In this document: positions 57,905 to 64,000 of the stretch, piece by piece
How the letters are laid out: each line of letters begins with the position of its first letter
Numbering within the stretch: position 1 is the first letter of the stretch
Assembly: GCA_963668315.1 (NCBI GenBank)
Contig: OY764216.1
Span: forward strand, 4,640,001 to 4,704,000
Direction: 5' to 3'
From: Spirochaetia bacterium
Lineage (GTDB): Bacteria; Spirochaetota; Spirochaetia; DSM-2461
Length of the DNA stretch: 64,000 nt
Position numbers and translations under genes: made by a program
Notes under the pieces: model-generated
What the model was told of the DNA's origin: nothing
What the model saw: the letters and a program-made list of their open reading frames with translations, nothing else
The model's database searches: none

Positions 57905-58780
57905 ATGCTGGAAGGTGTATTCACCGCTTTAGTCACCCCCTTCAAGAAAAACCAGGAAATTGACAGGGAATCTCTCAAAAAAATTGTGGACTTTCAGATA
58001 AAAGAGGGCATCTCCGGCCTGGTTCCCATGGGAACGACCGGCGAGAGTCCCACCGTATCCATTGAAGAGAACATGGACGTGGTGGAAATGGTTGTCAAAA
58101 TGGCCGACGGCAAGGTGCCCGTCATTGCCGGTACCGGTTCAAACTGTACCGCCGAAGCGGTCAAGATGACCAAAATGGCGAAAAATATGGGTGCCGACTA
58201 CGCTCTGCTCGTAAACCCCTATTACAATAAGCCGACCCAGGAAGGGCTTTACGGACATTTCATGGCTATCGCCGATGCCGTGGATCTGCCCATTGTCCTG
58301 TACAATATTCAGGGACGTACCGGTGTCAATCTGGAAACGGATACGCTCCTGCGCCTGGCGAAGCACGAGAATATCGTCGCCGTCAAGGAAGCCAGCGGCA
58401 GCCTTCCCCAGATGATGGATGTGATCAACAGAAAACCCAAGGATTTTTCCGTCCTTTCCGGCGATGACAACCTGGGACTTCCCCTTACGATCATGGGCGG
58501 ACAGGGAATCATTTCCGTGGCCAGCAATATCATTCCCCGCTGGATGGAAGAGATGGTCACGGCCGCCCGACGGGGCAATATCGAAAAAGCCAGGACCATT
58601 CATTATGAACTCCTGCCCCTTTTCAAGGCCATGTTCCTGGAGACCAATCCCATCCCCGTAAAATCCTGTATGGCCATGATGGGCCTTCTGGAAGAGGAAT
58701 TCCGCCTTCCCCTCTGTCCTCCCACCGATGAGCACCGCGAAGCTCTGAGAGAGATGATGAGAGGACAGGGTCTTATCTAG
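57905..58780 (+). CDS. dapA: 4-hydroxy-tetrahydrodipicolinate synthase
   Basis: GTTGES, PYYNKP, YNIQGRTG, KEASG, ETNPIP. Confidence 0.97.
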   Translation: MLEGVFTALVTPFKKNQEIDRESLKKIVDFQIKEGISGLVPMGTTGESPTVSIEENMDVVEMVVKMADGKVPVIAGTGSNCTAEAVKMTKMAKNMGADYALLVNPYYNKPTQEGLYGHFMAIADAVDLPIVLYNIQGRTGVNLETDTLLRLAKHENIVAVKEASGSLPQMMDVINRKPKDFSVLSGDDNLGLPLTIMGGQGIISVASNIIPRWMEEMVTAARRGNIEKARTIHYELLPLFKAMFLETNPIPVKSCMAMMGLLEEEFRLPLCPPTDEHREALREMMRGQGLI

Positions 58781-58789
58781 GCAGGATCT

Positions 58790-59635
58790 GTGACAGTTGC
58801 CGAACTCCTCCGCAGGGAACGGGAGGTTCTTACCGCATCGGGAATCAGCGATACGGTGGACCTGGATACCTCCCTTCTCCTGTGCCATGTAATGGGCTGG
58901 AAAAGGGAACAGCTCTACGCCCGCCTTCCCGACCCCGTTCCGGAGGAAGCTGCGCGAAAATTCTCAGAATTAACCGAGCTGCGCTCCCGGAACTATCCCG
59001 TGGCCTATCTGACCGGGTACCGGGAATTTTACGGCCGTGACTTTTTTGTGGAAGAGGGGGTGCTCTGTCCCCGGCCCGATACGGAAATCATAGTCGAGAA
59101 GTCGCTGGAATTCCTTACGCCACTCCCCTCCCCCGCCGTCCTGGACCTCTGTTCCGGTTCGGGGTGCATCGGACTAACCCTGGCTTTGGAATACCCCGTC
59201 TCTCAGGTGGTCTGCGCCGATATCGCCGAGGAGCCGGAAAGGGCTTTTACAAAAAACCGGCTGGCTCTGGGGGCCGAGAACGCCCGCTTTGTCCATTCCG
59301 ATCTGTTTAGCGGAGTGGAAGGGATTTTCGACCTGATAGCGACCAATCCTCCCTATCTGACGGAAAGGGAAACCAGGGATAGAATGGATGAGGGCTGGAA
59401 GGAACCGGCCCTGGCCCTTGACGGAGGAGCCGACGGCCTGGATCTTATTGAAAAAATAATCCTGAAGTCGATTGATTATCTTTCCTCCGGAGGTTATCTT
59501 CTAATAGAAGCTGCTCCCGATCAGATGGAGCAGATATTGGATATGATGGGTACCGCCGGCTTCACCTCATTGGGAACGGCCGACGATCTGGCAGGTAGAC
59601 AACGGGTAGCCTATGGCCGATGGTTTAAAAAATAG
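58790..59635 (+). CDS. prmC: Release factor glutamine methyltransferase
   Basis: PRPDTE, DLCSGSG, NPPY, ALDGG. Confidence 0.94.
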   Translation: MTVAELLRREREVLTASGISDTVDLDTSLLLCHVMGWKREQLYARLPDPVPEEAARKFSELTELRSRNYPVAYLTGYREFYGRDFFVEEGVLCPRPDTEIIVEKSLEFLTPLPSPAVLDLCSGSGCIGLTLALEYPVSQVVCADIAEEPERAFTKNRLALGAENARFVHSDLFSGVEGIFDLIATNPPYLTERETRDRMDEGWKEPALALDGGADGLDLIEKIILKSIDYLSSGGYLLIEAAPDQMEQILDMMGTAGFTSLGTADDLAGRQRVAYGRWFKK

Positions 59636-61706
59636 ACTGATTCTCTCCGCAAGCGACCTGAGTACGGTTATTGATCAGTTCGAAACCAGTCTTGTGCCTT
59701 ATTACAGCGAGAAAGAGCAGTCTGAAATCATGAGGGCTGTCCGCTGGGCAGAAAAGCTTCATGCCGGTCAGAAAAGAGCTTCCGGAGAACCCTACATCAT
59801 CCATCCTGTGGCCTCCACATCCCTGCTGGTGGGGCTGAAACTGGATTCGCCCACCATAATTGCGTCGGTGCTCCATGATGTTCTGGAAGATACCGATGTC
59901 GGGGCCAGCGCGATAAAGGAAGAGTTCGGCGAAGAAGTGGCCATGCTCGTGGACGGGGTAACGAAAATCGACATAATGGAAGTGGGCGATAAGTCCCTCC
60001 AGCAGATAGAGACCCTGCGCAAGATGATCTTTGCCATGGTCAAGGATATCCGCGTTATCTTCATCAAGCTGGCCGATAAGCGCCATAACATGAGCACCTT
60101 GAATTTCATGCCGCCCCACAAACAGAAACGCATTGCCCGGGAGTGTCTGGAAATCTACGCTCCCCTGGCGGGACGGCTGGGAATCAATACGGTTAAGATG
60201 GAGCTGGAAGACCAGAGCCTCAAATATCTCCATCCCCAGACCTATCAGCAGATCAAACGGTTCATAGATCAGAAGAAGGACGAACGGGCTCTCTACCTGG
60301 AACAGGTGAAAAAGGAAATAATCGAAACGGCCGAATCGGAAGGAGTGGGTGATATTGCCGTTCTGACAAGGGCCAAGCATTTTTATTCCATCTACCGGAA
60401 AATGAAGCATAAGGGCAAGGATCTTGATGCCATCTACGATTTCCTGGGAGTGAGAATCCTGTGCCGGACGAAAACTGACTGCTATCATATTTTGGGAATC
60501 ATCCATCAGCTCTGGCCTCCCATCGAGGGAAGGTTCAAAGACTACATAGCCATGCCCAAGGCTAATAACTACCAGAGCCTTCACACCACGGTGAGATGCA
60601 ATGAGCACCGCCCCCTGGAGATTCAGATCCGTACGTTCAACATGGAAGATACGGCCAATTACGGTGTGGCCGCTCACTTCCTTTACAAGGAAGGCCGGGA
60701 GGATGCAGACGGGGGACGGGAGATAGACTTCGTCCGCAAACTGAAGAACTGGAATATGGAAGACTACAGCTCCAATGAGTTCATGGATTCCATCAAGAGA
60801 GACCTTCTCCAGGACACCATTATCGTCTATACCCCCAAGGGGGAACCCATCGTTCTCCCCAAGGGCTCCACGGCCATCGACTTCGCCTACCATATCCATT
60901 CCCACATAGGCGACCACTGCGTCAGGGCCCGGGCCAACGGACATATCATACCCCTGACGAAACCCCTGAAAAATACCCAGACAGTGGAGGTCATGACCCA
61001 TCCCGAGGCCCATCCCCACCAGAACTGGCTCAAATACACAAAAAGCCACCGGGCCCGTGACAAAATACGCCACTGGATCAACAAGCATAACGAAGACTAC
61101 ATCATCGAAGGCAATATCATAGCCAAACCCGGGCGGGACAAGAAGAACCTGAGCCAGCCCATTCCGCCGGTTAAGTCCCAGGAGAAAATAGAGTACAGCC
61201 CCGAGCAGAAGGTTCTTGATGAAGAGAAGGTAACCATCTCCCTGAACAGGGAGAAAAATATGATGATAAAAATCTCCCTCTGCTGCAAGCCGACACCGGG
61301 CGACGACATCATCGGTTATGTTTCCCGGGGCCGGGGGATTACGGTTCACAGGAAGGACTGCCCCAATCTGAAAGGGATTGACGACTTTGAGAACCGCAAG
61401 GTGGAGGTGGAATGGGAAACGGCCACCAACCAGTTCTACCGCCGTTACCATATCGTGGCCAAAAGGACGGCCGACCTGTTCAGCGAAATTGAAGGGGCTA
61501 TCAAAAAATACGGCGGCCATCTTATTTCCGGCAGCGTTGATGAATCGGACCGGGGAAATCTGGAAGGATTCTTTACGGTGGAAATGGATAAAAGATCCAA
61601 GCTGAACCAGATCAATAAGAGCATCCGCAACATTCCCTCGGTTTACTCCCTGTATGAATCGCCCGGACGTTATGATGACGACGACGATGATGAGGATGAC
61701 GACTGA
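59613..61706 (+). CDS. rel: Long RSH bifunctional (p)ppGpp synthetase/hydrolase
   Basis: HDVLED, RFKDY, YQSLHT, EIQIRT, TGS, ZFD and ACT domains. Confidence 0.95.
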   Translation: MADGLKNRLILSASDLSTVIDQFETSLVPYYSEKEQSEIMRAVRWAEKLHAGQKRASGEPYIIHPVASTSLLVGLKLDSPTIIASVLHDVLEDTDVGASAIKEEFGEEVAMLVDGVTKIDIMEVGDKSLQQIETLRKMIFAMVKDIRVIFIKLADKRHNMSTLNFMPPHKQKRIARECLEIYAPLAGRLGINTVKMELEDQSLKYLHPQTYQQIKRFIDQKKDERALYLEQVKKEIIETAESEGVGDIAVLTRAKHFYSIYRKMKHKGKDLDAIYDFLGVRILCRTKTDCYHILGIIHQLWPPIEGRFKDYIAMPKANNYQSLHTTVRCNEHRPLEIQIRTFNMEDTANYGVAAHFLYKEGREDADGGREIDFVRKLKNWNMEDYSSNEFMDSIKRDLLQDTIIVYTPKGEPIVLPKGSTAIDFAYHIHSHIGDHCVRARANGHIIPLTKPLKNTQTVEVMTHPEAHPHQNWLKYTKSHRARDKIRHWINKHNEDYIIEGNIIAKPGRDKKNLSQPIPPVKSQEKIEYSPEQKVLDEEKVTISLNREKNMMIKISLCCKPTPGDDIIGYVSRGRGITVHRKDCPNLKGIDDFENRKVEVEWETATNQFYRRYHIVAKRTADLFSEIEGAIKKYGGHLISGSVDESDRGNLEGFFTVEMDKRSKLNQINKSIRNIPSVYSLYESPGRYDDDDDDEDDD

Positions 61707-62210
61707 ATGGCGCTGAATGTAGTACTTTACGAACCGGAGATTCCCCAGAACACCGGTAATATCGCCCGGACCTGCGCCGCTACCGGCGCAACTTTGCATC
61801 TGATCCACCCCCTGGGATTCAGCGTGGAGGATAAGTATGTCAGGAGGGCGGGGCTGGATTACTGGAACCTTCTGGATATCCGGCACTATGACAACTGGGA
61901 CGATTTTCTTGAAAAAAACGGGGACGGCCCCTTCTACTTCGCCACGACCAAGGCCAGAAAGACCTATGCCGAGGTGGATTACGATGAGTCCTGTTATCTG
62001 GTTTTCGGACCTGAATCGCGGGGTCTGCCGGAAGAGCTGCTGGTCACTCACCGAAGCACCAACATACGCATTCCCATGAGAAAGGAAGCCCGCTCCCTGA
62101 ATCTGTCCAACTCCGTGGCTATTCTGGTTTACGAAGCGTTGAGACAGAGCGGATTCGAAGGACTGTCCGAAGAGGGGCACCTCCACAGACTGGAAGAGCC
62201 GGACGTATAA
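61707..62210 (+). CDS. trmL: tRNA (cytidine/uridine-34 2'-O)-methyltransferase
   Basis: PEIPQNTGNI, RRAGLDYW, FGPESRGL, RSLNLSN. Confidence 0.95.
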   Translation: MALNVVLYEPEIPQNTGNIARTCAATGATLHLIHPLGFSVEDKYVRRAGLDYWNLLDIRHYDNWDDFLEKNGDGPFYFATTKARKTYAEVDYDESCYLVFGPESRGLPEELLVTHRSTNIRIPMRKEARSLNLSNSVAILVYEALRQSGFEGLSEEGHLHRLEEPDV

Positions 62211-62220
62211 GGGAGATCCC

Positions 62221-63090
62221 TCAGGGACGGCTTTCCTTCTGAAGGGAAAACTCAAACTCAATCTTCCTGATTTCACCCTGCCAGTACAGCTTTTCTCCTT
62301 CAGGAAGAATCCAGGAAACCTCCCCGGCCATGGGAACGAGAATCCCTTCATGTCTCTCATAACGGCTCCAACGCCCCTCCCAGGGCGTGGGAACGACTTC
62401 ATCCCCCACGGTTCTTCCCCGGACTTCGGCGTAAACAGACTCGATAAGCCCGTCTTCCCCGAACCGGAAGAGCAGTTGAGCCGTGAGATGACCGTCTGTC
62501 ATATAAGCGATAGCCGATGTATCGTCCACCCCTTGCCAGCGGACATTCCGCCCCGGCAGCAGAGCGGTGGGATACCAGGCGGCTTCGGCGAAATAGCGGA
62601 GAAACTCTCCTTCGGAGATTCCGTCGGAACCGCCCATATCCGCCACTGTAATCAGACCGAGCAGGGAAACATGCAGGGAGCCCTCTTCCCGTATATAGGT
62701 ATCGTGGACTCTCGCCGAAAGTCCGGGGGCCACTGCCACTTTCGCTTCCCAGTCAAATCCCGGTTTATCGGTGACCACATGCTGAACCGCCGAAAAGGAT
62801 TTCCAGTTGTCATCCTCCTCTCCCATATTGAAAAGACCGCTCTGCTCCAGATAGACCGACTCAATAGGAGGTTGTCCGTCCGAAAGAACCTGCCTGAAAA
62901 ACCTTTGTACCGGTTCGGGAAGAGATTCAAGGTCTTGATCGGAAAAAACGCCGCTTCCATGGGAAACACGGGCGCCGCGCAATGCCCGGAGATTTCCCTC
63001 GCGTTCCCTGTGCATTCTGAATAATCCGGTAATAACCAGAACAGCAGCGAGGATGAAAAGGGCTGTTAATACATATAGAAAAATCTTCAT
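62221..63090 (-). CDS. Conserved membrane-anchored hypothetical protein (DUF6544-like)
   Basis: LPEPVQRF, PGFDW, RYFAEAAWYPTALLP. Confidence 0.8.
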   Translation of the reverse strand: MKIFLYVLTALFILAAVLVITGLFRMHREREGNLRALRGARVSHGSGVFSDQDLESLPEPVQRFFRQVLSDGQPPIESVYLEQSGLFNMGEEDDNWKSFSAVQHVVTDKPGFDWEAKVAVAPGLSARVHDTYIREEGSLHVSLLGLITVADMGGSDGISEGEFLRYFAEAAWYPTALLPGRNVRWQGVDDTSAIAYMTDGHLTAQLLFRFGEDGLIESVYAEVRGRTVGDEVVPTPWEGRWSRYERHEGILVPMAGEVSWILPEGEKLYWQGEIRKIEFEFSLQKESRP

Positions 63091-63101
63091 ACTTATATAG
63101 A

Positions 63102-63263
63102 TTACGTCCTGAGAGCGACAAGAATCATCCCCAGACCGGAGAGTATGGATGTTATATCATAGGTCAGCACACGGGCATCGTCAATGATATTACCGATTCC
63201 GTTTACCAGAAGAAGAAACCCCAGAGTCAGCAAAGCTAAATTAATTCCCCGTGAGGTTTTCAT
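63102..63263 (-). CDS. Small two-TM protein
   Basis: MKTSRGINLALLTLG...; follows Cys-rich gene by 2 nt. Confidence 0.55.
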   Translation of the reverse strand: MKTSRGINLALLTLGFLLLVNGIGNIIDDARVLTYDITSILSGLGMILVALRT

Positions 63264-63265
63264 AT

Positions 63266-63469
63266 TCAGCAGTCCGTCAGGGACTCCATATGCTCTCCGT
63301 TGGGGAGAAGCGTCAGAGGTACGGCCATGCCGGCACTCTTCAGTTTTCTTCTCTCGCAGTTTGCCAGTTCCGATCCCTGGCAATATTTAATGGCAAATAC
63401 CTTCTTGATAAATCCGGTCTGGCACTTCTCAAAAACCGGACACTTTTCCAGATATTCACAGCTGTTCAT
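63266..63469 (-). CDS. Small Cys-rich protein
   Basis: CEYLEKCPVF...KYCQG...CER...LLPNG; AAGGGG SD. Confidence 0.65.
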   Translation of the reverse strand: MNSCEYLEKCPVFEKCQTGFIKKVFAIKYCQGSELANCERRKLKSAGMAVPLTLLPNGEHMESLTDC

Positions 63470-63551
63470 AAGTAAACCCCTTATACAATTTATATAAACA
63501 ATTGTAGTACAGGGGATTTATCTATGCAAATGAAAAATCAGTTAATTTTCA

Positions 63552-64000
63552 CTATAGACGGTTTATCATGTCCGCCTGATAGGCTGCCCCGAACCCGTTG
63601 TCGATATTGACGACCGATATACCGGAGGCGCAGCTGTTCAGCATGGTCAGGAGGGCGGAAAGTCCGTTGAAACTCGCCCCGTAACCGACACTCGTGGGCA
63701 CGGCAATAACGGGAGCATTGACCAGTCCCCCCACGACGCTTGCCAGAGCCCCTTCCATACCGGCGACCACGATAAGCACTTTGGCTTTCTGAAGGAGCTC
63801 CAGCCTGCCGAAAAGCCTGTGAATGCCGGCCACCCCCACATCATATACCCGTTCCACCCGGCTTCCGAAGAATTCCGCCGTAACGGCCGCTTCCTCCGCC
63901 ACGGGAATATCGGAAGTTCCCGCGGTCACCACGGCGATAAAAGAGCCCCTTTCCGTAGGGGTATCGTCCCCGCCGGCGGTGATGGTACGGGCCATGGGAT
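63552..64000 (-). CDS. larB: Nickel-pincer cofactor biosynthesis protein LarB (5' end outside window)
   Basis: [44 protein letters not shown]. Confidence 0.92.
   Translation of the reverse strand, partial: PMARTITAGGDDTPTERGSFIAVVTAGTSDIPVAEEAAVTAEFFGSRVERVYDVGVAGIHRLFGRLELLQKAKVLIVVAGMEGALASVVGGLVNAPVIAVPTSVGYGASFNGLSALLTMLNSCASGISVVNIDNGFGAAYQADMINRL

Noticed and set aside
59625..62402. 925-aa minus-strand ORF
   Set aside because: Antisense shadow of rel and trmL produced by codon bias; the same applies to 13896-14765, 26801-27793, 30988-32064, 32252-33580 and 54593-55789
1..64000. CRISPR array, rRNA, IS transposase or prophage structural genes
   Set aside because: No regularly spaced repeats or matching ORFs seen

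Overview
64-kb chromosomal window of a spirochaete (Spirochaetaceae-like: FlaB flagellin, rpsB-tsf-frr-uppS-cdsA-dxr-rseP without pyrH, spirochaete-type hypotheticals). Positions 1-9049 are an AT-rich defence island integrated at the 3' end of tRNA-Ile2(CAT). It carries a phage-type tyrosine integrase with a coupled partner gene, then an integron-like cassette array with no intI in view. The array has a promoter, an attI/dif-like simple site (6849-6868), a 2.6-kb three-gene cassette (OLD-family ATPase-TOPRIM nuclease plus two membrane proteins) ending in a canonical attC (4249-4355), and a type II CBASS operon (CD-NTase, Cap2, Cap3, Cap4; Cap4 is missing from the ORF track and runs off the window). 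The rest is mostly core genome, with one variable slot (27.9-30.9 kb) holding two alternative payloads in tandem. Regulatory signals include many leaderless promoters, CsrA-type hairpins before flaB, a rod-like structured RNA before dapA, an S6:S18 leader and a likely UTP-sensing uraA promoter. All assignments come from motif reading and recalled family features; no searches were run.
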